A stretch of DNA of 64,000 nucleotides from a virus (lineage: Duplodnaviria > Caudoviricetes), in IMG/VR virus record IMGVR_UViG_3300030376_007323, positions 30,010 through 94,009 of that record; one strand, 5' to 3'. This document shows, piece by piece, positions 29,101 to 37,370 of the stretch. Every line of letters begins with the position of its first letter. The stretch's first letter is position 1. Below the pieces are notes generated by a model. That model made no database searches. It was not told the DNA's origin and was given only the letters and a program-made list of their open reading frames with translations. Made by a program: the position numbers and the translations under genes.

Positions 29101-30992
29101 GAAGTAAAAGCGGTTGGTGGGTAGTTTGCACTATTTGCTGATAAAGCTTGGTAACAGTTACCTTCGGGTCCCGTCACAAAACAACCTGGTAGTATCCATG
29201 CTGCTCCATTCACATACTGACCTGCTGGCTCTCCTGGGTTCTGTCCACAATGATTTATTGTAACATCATCACATGGTGTTGACGTTCCTGGGGGACAATT
29301 AACACAGTCCGAAGAACATGCCTCCCAAATATGTTCCATTGGAATATTATTTTGGTACCATACACCTTGTAGTGTCATAGAAGGTGGCACACCTGCCCAA
29401 TCCGATGTGGTTGCTCCTGTTTGGAAAATATCTTTAACAGCCATAAAACAACAACAAGTATTGTATGTGGTGTCAAATACTATATCACCTACTTGATAGT
29501 CTGTATATGGTGACCAGACACCTCTTTGTGCATTAAAACTAATAGAGTTCCAAATTCCAGTCATTCTATCTATATACTCATCTTTTGTTTCACAAAAATC
29601 ACAATCTTCTATTGTACATTCAAAACAATCATAAGCACCAAAAGCCAACGCGTTAAGACCACAACTTTCTGCTATGTATAAAGTTATACCATTACTAAAG
29701 TCATAAAAATCGATTGGTGTTTGATTATTTGCTGATGATATTGTATAAGCTGTGTATATAGCATTTGCTACATTGATATACCCATACATCCCTGTTTCTA
29801 TATTATTTGTATTAGGGTTAATTACGTCACCCCCTATAGGTACTATAGTACCATAGGTATATCCTGGTGGAAGAAATGCTGAGTTAGCTGTGGTGTATGT
29901 TTGAAATGCTCCTAGAAGACTTTCTGTTACACCCGTTACTTCAAAACAATTTGGAAATTGTGTCATACCAGTATATTCATTAATATCAGTACCACTATCC
30001 CACGCTATATAATCCCCTTGACCTAAAACACCAGATGGGGCAGATGTATATCCAGTACCTATAGTTTGACCTGACGCATTAATAGTTAAAGCACTATTAG
30101 GTGGTATTCCACCTATAGCAGCTAATTGATTATAAGTGTAGTTAGGTGCTGTGATAACTTGAGATGTGGAGGTTTGTCCCCATGGTGTCTCTTGAGTTAT
30201 GGTAATTCTATACTGCATAGGTGGTCCACCCATATATTGATGTGAACTAGAAACCACACCACTATTATAACTTAATGTTGTCGGTGGTGTCAAATCCCCC
30301 CAGTCTATTGTAAAAGGCAAATCTTGCAATTCTTTATAGTAACTAAAATCAGTTGTGTTAGTAATTTTTATAGTATCACCAGGCATTACAGTAGTACTTG
30401 CTGTGAAAACAAAATTAGAAAAGGTATCTTTTTGACTTATGTTACCATCCCAAAGTGAGTAGTGTCCAATATCGTTAAAGTCTTGGGATAAAAATAGTGT
30501 TACATTATTAAGATAGGGGTCTAAACCATTTTCACAATTACAAGGTCCAATATTATAGTTAATATTATATTCAGACGTTATGTTAATTGGTTTATTAAAG
30601 TTTACCCGTAAAGATTCGAATAAAGTGATAACATTATTATAACTTTCTCCTGTTACTACAGTGGTAGCTAAACTATCCACCACATTTATCCCATAGAATG
30701 CTTTGTAAGCATAATTACCTATATTTTTACAGTGCCCACTAGTTGCAGAAGTATATAAATCCCATAGTATAACACAGGGATTGGTGAACGAACAATCTCT
30801 TAATTCTATAGGAAATGTTCTTATGTCCCCACTTAAAGCGTTTAAAATTTGTGAACCTGTTGAGTTATACATACTCATTCCTGAACAATCCATACTATTG
30901 CTAATCGGCCAGTAGTTTGTCCCCCCACTACATGGTAAAGAAGTATAAACATCTGGATTAGTTCTTTTTATTCTAAAATTTAATCTTTCCAT
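23133..30992 (-). CDS. Giant cysteine-rich repeat adhesin/appendage protein (PKD-like N-region, CBM5/12-like modules, Cys repeats)
   Basis: 2619 aa; about 220 Cys by manual count; FTIDWGD; W..Y..GD.V..CC motifs; no signal peptide. Confidence 0.75.
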   Translation of the reverse strand: MERLNFRIKRTNPDVYTSLPCSGGTNYWPISNSMDCSGMSMYNSTGSQILNALSGDIRTFPIELRDCSFTNPCVILWDLYTSATSGHCKNIGNYAYKAFYGINVVDSLATTVVTGESYNNVITLFESLRVNFNKPINITSEYNINYNIGPCNCENGLDPYLNNVTLFLSQDFNDIGHYSLWDGNISQKDTFSNFVFTASTTVMPGDTIKITNTTDFSYYKELQDLPFTIDWGDLTPPTTLSYNSGVVSSSHQYMGGPPMQYRITITQETPWGQTSTSQVITAPNYTYNQLAAIGGIPPNSALTINASGQTIGTGYTSAPSGVLGQGDYIAWDSGTDINEYTGMTQFPNCFEVTGVTESLLGAFQTYTTANSAFLPPGYTYGTIVPIGGDVINPNTNNIETGMYGYINVANAIYTAYTISSANNQTPIDFYDFSNGITLYIAESCGLNALAFGAYDCFECTIEDCDFCETKDEYIDRMTGIWNSISFNAQRGVWSPYTDYQVGDIVFDTTYNTCCCFMAVKDIFQTGATTSDWAGVPPSMTLQGVWYQNNIPMEHIWEACSSDCVNCPPGTSTPCDDVTINHCGQNPGEPAGQYVNGAAWILPGCFVTGPEGNCYQALSANSANYPPTAFTSTTYWEYVGCSTWICPQDLNNIPLYGCELVPGTGITTTTNILQGYQYYEDCKDDFDDGECFPDKWVCENQYDCVGCIEIDSSHSAYTSFDPLNPLAGPVFNSQMDCEGWCNPPAFSCTTPTASNASECCTLFSCAEDDANATPGLYTNTVTSVMGLVPGVLPNGLTPNEWLAVYEQFYFTPDFGLSACNAGTAFTTDLGYQYSTSACCDYTGYEWSCCEGCYEVTIGGTYANLQECQQDPATMGGGIVPCGWSCETINQPCVECYDCGCGWGPWVSPSNATYPGYGYSACTADCTQIEQCYVCDCTSMTPCTLQSPCAGIIDNVTWFSGTAQGNIDCQTLCACNAGWDCFIDIDPSSTNYQGPTFCQDGVSGYYMAQNLLGFSNPAPGFTGYSSFSACCEATECCHAECDDTEALATLPGNQQLFPPGNWPCYYVQYVNAAAASACDPTGTNPLLPYCTMVECTSNLALNSFGDYVCSVSAVDDCVCPCDDYMNSIGMGGTVLTPQGMYQLGVVYGLHDIVYHSDADSPLCCYVCMLPSLWGAGGVGTAPDCITTFDCSCFIPDDGPATNGTPNPWETCGGTPGLPPAGCQPCGGGPSQTYECTPTGCTPSSCVFNPLFTPASQNCYTGNTCEEHCRASCYCEDPVTDTTNCVVLQDFINNSNTGIFFGGYPTFPPVPQGATHPVYPFLSLDACISSLGIIDCCSGSTSADTWYCDYTSNCESTAGVAGLGCVIVPPNTPGYPGPFTSLQDCQDYCTWECGCPPNGIGNCIFNALSPAVITYDSAFDCWAAFSSCDCCLPPEEWWCDTYGALNGDYSAAVPISACRNSTYFAGQTALYQQGAIGQLVGGPTDPTNTYFDAQVTNNFAGIGFANQADCEQFCRYCCDCAPPGTSNCNGVDWGVNMCPCTNVPSELTPYACEIATAGSAIGYPCTLATTDFYCLDIVGCSAFTSTSPPSTFVSGPHIDLLTCQSVCTWGCGDCISDCFCAGPQPPGTCNPIYYNLDDCIIGVTSTAFFASYSGCCDCYECSVIGSISYTYFDDPMNSWMVGSVTVTPFVGSAPAWVGGTNYSIGDVVSASWDGNSCCYVCVDDDPANLWIFNPGAYYQYYINDLVNNTPVWPGPAGPGVNASNSGTLVWVPCNSSCNNPVQQLTYDCIPGTTTPSPGTCQNKIKIPVSPLGSSTAIIWICDPANGVPPATTFDSFYFEGTLGANATTDPCYDNGNLLEIPNYGNFTQCPGDAAFQAAHMPFYYQSKQDLVNQLIAAGLAATNGMDWYQLKALISGVCGAFGSIFGGNYCQCPSTLCTCTSVVGTGGQYATIGECNQTLLSDPCCGFWVCENVISPQTTQQCTCVFDSTITSYNPLIHYYNQSDCENDPTTCCSAQTMTRWSCDQVDCNCIPDVWGAYASQYDCENDPAKCCWTGVTPTKYECKVGNNGLCKCVLDPTGQYTSIADCENDTLNCCWTGMTAETKYDCVSNLNGLCKCVPAPFGPYLTLSECQQSHTCCNTGITSTTRYDCKKTVVANLGLPGQTLSTQKCDCVPTGPLGQYASLADCLNDPDDCCWTATTSPICKPCIGTIGHAIIQNEFTGVWAPYNAAGMATPVQGNGSGGVTNWAPGLTWGYNEVTLSPLDGCCYISVTDSGTVVDPTSFYDPSVCYHNFVNGLACDGSTIFAPTPVTTAQSNAGDFSIWWPCDETCADAPGKEFECVNGNCVIQVGGQYSSLQDCQQYCWGGCDECLNSLSSYFSLVPQYPPLHLGLWSINMGGFYANNCVVDPTDDCCYCCVLLDEVGWMANTGGNPNAIRCKGGDIPSQNVGTTTSATYGGWQTCGVDVDGAPCFPDGECECCSLHLAPNLGGWPINWTPYPGSVGVYNYSLNDCVTNAKDGCCWCCANDSGAVVNNGSDSQSNVSNIPCQIINGSLISNSATWMNCGCDESGDQCPPVISNITCYKCVNTPTGWAIQTTSVSSLPCPQGWSTVPPICGIHQQTHM
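24400..25200 (-). repeat. Six tandem ~40-55 aa Cys repeats [YW]xC..CxC..GxYx[ST]xxDCxxD..CC
   Basis: e.g. KYECKVGNNGLCKCVLDPTGQYTSIADCENDTLNCCWTG and KYDCVSNLNGLCKCVPAPFGPYLTLSECQQSHTCC; DNA similarity (tacacacttacataaacc twice, cattttcacaatc three times). Confidence 0.85.
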
Positions 30993-30995
30993 AAA

Positions 30996-31901
30996 TTAAG
31001 GTGTTTGTGGGTTAATGTATTCATAAAACTTTATTGGTTGTTGTCCTGGTGGGAATCCGGTACCCACTTCACTACCCATACCAACTTGTCCAGCATTATA
31101 GTTATTTAAATTATATTTTCGTACTTTATAACTAAATTTAGGAGCAGCTGTTGGGTTTGGGTTTATTTTTAAAATCACTTCGTAATAGAAATAATCAGTA
31201 AAATCGTATGTTACCGAACCAGAGTATGTGGGTGCTGGTGGACTTTCATTTATCATTCTTGTAACCTTACCTGTTTTGGCGTTAAAAAATTGACAGGACA
31301 TATAAAATACATTTCCTTCAAATAAATCTCTCTTTTTATACCAATGTATATAATAATTTTCATTTAATCCTGGACGGGGTCTTAGTCTTACTTTTGGTTC
31401 ATAAAGTACCCAAGAAGGACTCACTATTCCTTGACTAATTTGTGTGAAGTATTCCAAAGCGTCGGTTGTTGAGTTTACTGGTACATTACCACCTTTTAAA
31501 CAATTATTTAAAGGCATAATGTTAGAAAACATTATTTTTTGTTGTTTTCTATCTGGTGAATCATAAAAATTAAATTTAAAAAAGCTTTTAACAACAGAAT
31601 TTGCATCAGTAGCTAATTCGTTGTCTGTAAAACCTACTAACTGAAAACTGTCTTGGTAAGACTGGGTGGTTTGATTAAAAAATTCAAACTGGTAGTAGAT
31701 GTCGTTACCACTTACCGAATTATTAAAGGAGTATCTAGTAGTTTCAAAGTCTTGTATTATATTAATATTGTCTTGTATTTCTACTTCTTCATAAGTTGTT
31801 ATAAGTTGTTCTCTCCCTACCTCATCAAATGTATCCCCAATAGGTATAGTAATCTTTCTATCTTCACTAGAAACTTTTAGTTGTATTCTATTGGCAGCCA
31901 T
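30996..31901 (-). CDS. Putative structural protein
   Basis: 301-aa coupled ORF; DFETTRY, KSFFKFNFYDSP, FYMSCQFFNAKTG. Confidence 0.55.
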   Translation of the reverse strand: MAANRIQLKVSSEDRKITIPIGDTFDEVGREQLITTYEEVEIQDNINIIQDFETTRYSFNNSVSGNDIYYQFEFFNQTTQSYQDSFQLVGFTDNELATDANSVVKSFFKFNFYDSPDRKQQKIMFSNIMPLNNCLKGGNVPVNSTTDALEYFTQISQGIVSPSWVLYEPKVRLRPRPGLNENYYIHWYKKRDLFEGNVFYMSCQFFNAKTGKVTRMINESPPAPTYSGSVTYDFTDYFYYEVILKINPNPTAAPKFSYKVRKYNLNNYNAGQVGMGSEVGTGFPPGQQPIKFYEYINPQTP

Positions 31902-33693
31902 CTGTATACATATTTAAAATATTTATGGTACTTGCACTATACTCTGGTAATGTTAGTATCGGTCCTATGGGTTCAATCGTAAATTCCAATGTATGACTAG
32001 GGTAATGTGCATCATTAAGATATGGGTAAGTTACCCCGTTTGTTTCTTCCTCAAAGTACCCAACAGGTAATAATGGACGCCACCTAAATGTACCTTCAAC
32101 TAAAGAATAAGTAGAGTATTGTGGTGATGTAAAGAGTGAATCATTAAAATTAATCCCATTAGATAACTTTCTTATTGGTATACGGTGGTGTGGTTGGTAT
32201 TTGTATATAGATTGGATGTATGGGTTACTCTGACTACCTGTCCCTAAAGCTGTGGGATTAAATTTAAGGGAGTGTCCTAACTCCGATATTATCCTTTCTT
32301 TTATTTCATATGGGTTATACTCCACAAAAGCACCTCTATATGTTGTACCACTAACAGGTAATGGGTCTACACCATTTGTATTTGTTTGGATTATGTTTGT
32401 TGGGTTGGTCCCATTATCCACGAACGGGTCTATAGAACCATCTTTTCTAAAGTTCCAACCCCAACCATATCCACAAGGTGAATTTCCACTTGTATAATCC
32501 CAAATTAAATTTCTATTGCTAGCAAGAATAGTTAGATATAAATCAATTACTGGACGATTTAGATTATCGTAATACATACTTCTATCTATATCTTCAGTTA
32601 TAGTCCACAAAAAAGATTTAAACTCCTCCTTAATTACTGTTTTTCCTAGATATCCCGGAGGGGTTTTACGGCCTTTAAATACTCTTCCTTTTTTATTGTA
32701 TATTCCATTTTCAAACCCTGTCCTGCCCAAGGTATAATCTCGTGGGTTAGTTATTAGTTTATGTTCGTGAGTGTAATATTCACTTCTAGTTTCTGGATTA
32801 TCCGGGTTTACGAATCTTTTTAATAAACCCACACCATTTGGTGGCATTGCTGTACCCCCACCCGCATTAATAGTTGTATTAATTAATCCTCTTGTGTTTA
32901 TGTTTATTATATACCTATCGGAACCTGCTAGTTCATTACCAAGTGAATCCACTTCAAATAAAGTTTGTACTGTAGTGTTTAGTGTCCCGTTAATATTTAA
33001 TTGTAAAACAATACTCCCAATAAAATCTACACCCCCAAAAGAAAATGTCTGACCACCTACTTCAGGTTGTAATTCTATGTACTCCCCAGGTATTAAACCA
33101 TGGGGCACTGGAGTTGTTATTCTTAAAATTTCTTTTCCTTGGTCATATGTGACTTCTAGTTCAAAAGGAATCCCATCACTAGATATAAAGTTTAAACCTT
33201 GATTTAAATCATAATCACTATAATAAGTCATATGTTGACTTGTATTACCAGAATGTACATAAGAAATATATAATAACCAATTGTCTTGGAAACATACTAA
33301 ATCATCATAATTAAATGTTTTAGTAGACGGCCCAAAAGGACCTGGAGGCATAAAATCAAAAACTCTCGCTGGTGGTAATCCTAGACATGGTGTGTTATTA
33401 CATCCAATATAATCCGGTAAAAAGTACATACTTTCTAGAAAATCTACATCAGAAGTTACACCAGTTATTATATTTTCAAATAAAACATCTATTTTACCAT
33501 ACATTCTATAAAACTGAGAGTAGTCACGTTCAAAATTAAATTGTTCTACAACATTTAACACCCTATTTCTATCTCCTTGAATTAGGGTTCGTTTTTCGGA
33601 AGTAAGTAATGGTTGTAATGATACATCAAAATCTTTAGCTCCTTTGTACTTGGAGCTTCCTTTTACTATCCTTATGTTTTTTCTATTACTCAT
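31888..33693 (-). CDS. Putative baseplate structural protein
   Basis: 601-aa coupled ORF; ITTPVPHGLIPGEYI beta-module. Confidence 0.55.
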   Translation of the reverse strand: MSNRKNIRIVKGSSKYKGAKDFDVSLQPLLTSEKRTLIQGDRNRVLNVVEQFNFERDYSQFYRMYGKIDVLFENIITGVTSDVDFLESMYFLPDYIGCNNTPCLGLPPARVFDFMPPGPFGPSTKTFNYDDLVCFQDNWLLYISYVHSGNTSQHMTYYSDYDLNQGLNFISSDGIPFELEVTYDQGKEILRITTPVPHGLIPGEYIELQPEVGGQTFSFGGVDFIGSIVLQLNINGTLNTTVQTLFEVDSLGNELAGSDRYIININTRGLINTTINAGGGTAMPPNGVGLLKRFVNPDNPETRSEYYTHEHKLITNPRDYTLGRTGFENGIYNKKGRVFKGRKTPPGYLGKTVIKEEFKSFLWTITEDIDRSMYYDNLNRPVIDLYLTILASNRNLIWDYTSGNSPCGYGWGWNFRKDGSIDPFVDNGTNPTNIIQTNTNGVDPLPVSGTTYRGAFVEYNPYEIKERIISELGHSLKFNPTALGTGSQSNPYIQSIYKYQPHHRIPIRKLSNGINFNDSLFTSPQYSTYSLVEGTFRWRPLLPVGYFEEETNGVTYPYLNDAHYPSHTLEFTIEPIGPILTLPEYSASTINILNMYTDGCQ

Positions 33694-36600
33694 TACACTA
33701 CTGTATCTGCTAAGTCATCATCAACATACAATCTAATAAAAGTATTGTATGAAGTTGCTCCTGGTCTCAAACCAAAGTAATAAAATACTGGTTGTGAGAA
33801 ATTTATTTGAGGAGCACTATTAGGGGTTAGTGGAGGGAACTGGGTTGAGCCAGTGAATCCTATATCAAATCCCATATTATTTTGGAATGATGATGAGGGT
33901 GGTAAATTATTATAAACATATTGTACTGGTAAAGTCAAACTTAGTCCTGGTATAATACTCATTCCTTGAGCTGGTACTATAGCTACCCTATCGACGTAGT
34001 CTCCGGTTGTATACATCCAATCATTAAAAGTACTTCCAAAACCTACACCTGAATTACGTTTAACCCACGGATAAAAAGGTACTGTTTGACTACTAGCGGA
34101 TAAATCTAATGTAGCACAATTAATTAAATCTTGACCACTCATCATTATTTGAGTTGACGACGTGAATAATAGGGGTTCCCATTCAATGTCAGAACCTCCA
34201 CCATTCATAGTACCCCAATCAGCATTAACAGCATTATTAACATATGTCCCCGACACGTGGTTAGCTGGTGGGTATTCCATCCCTGGAATAGGTAGTGATG
34301 TGTCTTCCGGAGATTGACAATCACAAATGGTAGAACTCATATTAGTTTCATACCCGAATACACCTAACATACAATTTTGCATTAATGCTTGTGCCACGTC
34401 TCCACCAATCTCTTTTTCTGGTCTACTAAACATAGTATCCTTCATGAAATTTGGGTTGTCCTGTTTAAGGTTATATATGTCAGCTATTAAGTCTGTTATA
34501 TTTTGAAATGTGGTACTACCTATTTGGTCTGTTATTGAACATTCTTCAGCATAAGCTGGGTCTAAGCATACTTGTTGGATGCATTGATTCCTGGACCCCA
34601 TATCGGTCATAGTAGTAGGAAATAATATGTGTCTATCCATATCTCCTGATGCGTGTAAGTCGTCACTCTGAACCCCACTCTGGAACCATAGGGACATTAC
34701 CCCATCTGTATCACCTAAAAACTTACCAGTACTTGCCGCGGTAACTCTAAATGGTGTCGACCTGTAATAAAAAACATTGTCTATCGGGTGAAGGTATACC
34801 ACTTTTTGACAATATTTAGAATCTTGTGCGTAGGTGTCATATGTTTCTCCATTCCAAAACGCGGTATAACCATTTGTTGTTAGTTCTAATTTTGCTTTAA
34901 ATTGAAATTGGTATAAGAATCCACTTACCCAATTATTTTCCCAGAAATAATTCATTATTCCGTTACAGAGAGCAGATGATAATTTTTCTCTTTTTATCCA
35001 CTCATATAAAACTCTCATGTCTAAATTTTCTAATAAACATGCGGGGTTAAAACATATTATTTTAACATAACACCCACCAGCAGCATAACCATCACTAACA
35101 GTATTAGGTGAAAATACTTCAGAATTAAACCCGTAGGTATTTGAACAACAAATCACATCTTCTGATGTTTCACTTGGTGGACTTGTCGGATATATTCCTT
35201 GCCCGCAACAATCATGAGACCATTTCATTTCAATACCCATCCCACCTGCACCTGCTGCATTCCCAACAGGACATGGTGCTACTGCTGCTGTAGAACCACT
35301 ACTAGGTATACCATCTGGACAAGGTGCGTTTTGTGATAATATATCAAATTCACCACTAGCTAAAGGCCTACAGGAACATTTTTCACATTCGGGGTATTTT
35401 GTTTGTCTTAAAGAAAACAAAACAAAACCAATTCTTAGTCCAAAATACATACAGTTAATCCCACAACCAAAACCAGTTAGATTTATTTGCCCACAAAGTT
35501 GTGGTGGTGTGGGGGCAAAATTACTAAAATCTAAGACTGTAAAGAAGGTGTTAAATGGCCATCCTAACCATAATCCTAGGGTCAAACCATACACCCAACA
35601 CCAGAGACTACAAAATGCGAATATAATAAATAACACTATCCCTAATATCAAACCTAATATTACCGCAAGTAAACTTACTACTAAATTTATTAATAGATAT
35701 ATCATCCCTATAAAGGTTATGAAAAAATCATTTAGGTATAATACAAATTTCATCCTTCTAACCGCACTATTGATTGGGAAAAACATTGCTGAGGTCGCAC
35801 ATTGTTGTTCCATTTCGGGTAAAATCTCTTTTATCCCAATAAACTGTCTTCTACCAGCATGTTTAATATGGTCATGAAATTGAGCACAGGTATATACTCG
35901 ATTAAATGTCATATCATAAAACACATCGTCTGCACCCGGCATCAAATGTCTTTGAGCATAACCATGATAATCACTATAATTTATAGAAAAAGTATAACTT
36001 CTTGGGTCAATTCCTGGCCAATCTCCATCATCATTAGATTGGGTGTTAAATTCTCTTATATTAGGTACTAGGTGTGCAGCTGAACGTCTTTGTCGAGCAC
36101 TACCCCTACTTTGTTCTGGTTTAATTCTAAATCTACATCTTGACCTAGTTGGTACACCTTTACTAGGGTCTTTGGATAACACTAAGTCACCGAACTCGTT
36201 GGTTATTACATGGTCCAAATTCATGGGTACGTGTACTAAAAAAGCTCCGTCGTTATCTATTACCCTACCACCATTTTCAAAATAAAATCTCTCTAGTACA
36301 GGTACTTTACCTCCTAGGGGTGCTCCAGTATAGGTTTCCCCGTTATGTGTTGGAAATGCTTGTGGGTCGTCCTTAAAAAAGGGTGTGTATCGTATACAGT
36401 CTATGATACCTGGTTGTGTTATTATACTACATAACTCACCCATATGTCTTTTGGGTCTACATTGTCTATTAATGGAGTCTTTATCTGTGTCTTGTGCGGT
36501 ACTTCCCATAAATACAGATGTCGGTTCTAACTTAAATCCGGAATTACCTAAATCAAAGTCTACTCTTGTAATCGCCGCTCTACATTGTTCTTCATCACCC

Positions 36601-37271
36601 CAAAAAGGTTTAATATCTATTGTTTTAGTCTGGTTTATAATCTGTGGTAAGGAATCTATTTCTGAATCCGTCCTAAATTTAGGTCCGTCAAAATCTGATT
36701 CCGGAAATCCTTTGAGTTTGAAATCTTGTGGTAATAGAGAAAAACAACCTATATCACTTAAATCTACATCCATAACGATATTTTGAGCACCCGTAGGAAC
36801 TCCGTATATCATAAAATCACCAGATTCATTAGTTTTTACGGTAAATTTATAGTATTTGTCATACACATATTTTACTTCTTGTTGTGTTAGTACTGAATTT
36901 AGTGTTGGGAAAGACCCTACTGGTGTATGACAATTAAAATTTCTTTCTGAACTTAGTAGATTGTATCTAACACCATCTTCATTTTTTTCGTAAGGTTCTT
37001 TATATGGGTATAGAAATTTGACTACTTCATTATCTTCATCCTCCGCTTGTAAAGGTATAAAAATAGATACTTTTGCATTAGGTATACCAAAACCATTATT
37101 TGCGGTTACTCTACCAACCACCACACCAAAATCAGCACACATTCTTGTGTACACTTCTTGTTGTGTTAATGAAAGACTAAGAATCTCTAATAAATCAAAT
37201 TTTTGGTTTAATTCAAAAGTTACATTCTTATCTTTACCTACTTCTGTTCTTACTCTAAAAGATTTAGCCAT
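33693..37271 (-). CDS. Baseplate-associated protein with N-terminal prealbumin/carboxypeptidase-regulatory-like fold and central hydrophobic hairpin
   Basis: GVVVGRVTANNGFGIPNAKVSIFIP; TVKTNESGDFMIYGVPTG; ~70-aa hydrophobic segment followed by a Cys-rich region. Confidence 0.6.
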   Translation of the reverse strand: MAKSFRVRTEVGKDKNVTFELNQKFDLLEILSLSLTQQEVYTRMCADFGVVVGRVTANNGFGIPNAKVSIFIPLQAEDEDNEVVKFLYPYKEPYEKNEDGVRYNLLSSERNFNCHTPVGSFPTLNSVLTQQEVKYVYDKYYKFTVKTNESGDFMIYGVPTGAQNIVMDVDLSDIGCFSLLPQDFKLKGFPESDFDGPKFRTDSEIDSLPQIINQTKTIDIKPFWGDEEQCRAAITRVDFDLGNSGFKLEPTSVFMGSTAQDTDKDSINRQCRPKRHMGELCSIITQPGIIDCIRYTPFFKDDPQAFPTHNGETYTGAPLGGKVPVLERFYFENGGRVIDNDGAFLVHVPMNLDHVITNEFGDLVLSKDPSKGVPTRSRCRFRIKPEQSRGSARQRRSAAHLVPNIREFNTQSNDDGDWPGIDPRSYTFSINYSDYHGYAQRHLMPGADDVFYDMTFNRVYTCAQFHDHIKHAGRRQFIGIKEILPEMEQQCATSAMFFPINSAVRRMKFVLYLNDFFITFIGMIYLLINLVVSLLAVILGLILGIVLFIIFAFCSLWCWVYGLTLGLWLGWPFNTFFTVLDFSNFAPTPPQLCGQINLTGFGCGINCMYFGLRIGFVLFSLRQTKYPECEKCSCRPLASGEFDILSQNAPCPDGIPSSGSTAAVAPCPVGNAAGAGGMGIEMKWSHDCCGQGIYPTSPPSETSEDVICCSNTYGFNSEVFSPNTVSDGYAAGGCYVKIICFNPACLLENLDMRVLYEWIKREKLSSALCNGIMNYFWENNWVSGFLYQFQFKAKLELTTNGYTAFWNGETYDTYAQDSKYCQKVVYLHPIDNVFYYRSTPFRVTAASTGKFLGDTDGVMSLWFQSGVQSDDLHASGDMDRHILFPTTMTDMGSRNQCIQQVCLDPAYAEECSITDQIGSTTFQNITDLIADIYNLKQDNPNFMKDTMFSRPEKEIGGDVAQALMQNCMLGVFGYETNMSSTICDCQSPEDTSLPIPGMEYPPANHVSGTYVNNAVNADWGTMNGGGSDIEWEPLLFTSSTQIMMSGQDLINCATLDLSASSQTVPFYPWVKRNSGVGFGSTFNDWMYTTGDYVDRVAIVPAQGMSIIPGLSLTLPVQYVYNNLPPSSSFQNNMGFDIGFTGSTQFPPLTPNSAPQINFSQPVFYYFGLRPGATSYNTFIRLYVDDDLADTVV

Positions 37272-37370
37272 ATATAATAAAAAATTATCTAAAATAGATT
37301 TATACTACCTATGAAATAAATAGTTCAACCCTTAAAAGTAAAAGTAATTAGTTAGTTAATATAGTAAAGT

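Noticed and set aside
23133-30992. Eukaryotic or giant-virus contamination, or a diversity-generating retroelement target
   Set aside because: Gene is 3 nt from its upstream neighbour, intronless, and shares a module with 14690..18622; no reverse transcriptase or adenine-specific TR/VR pair seen
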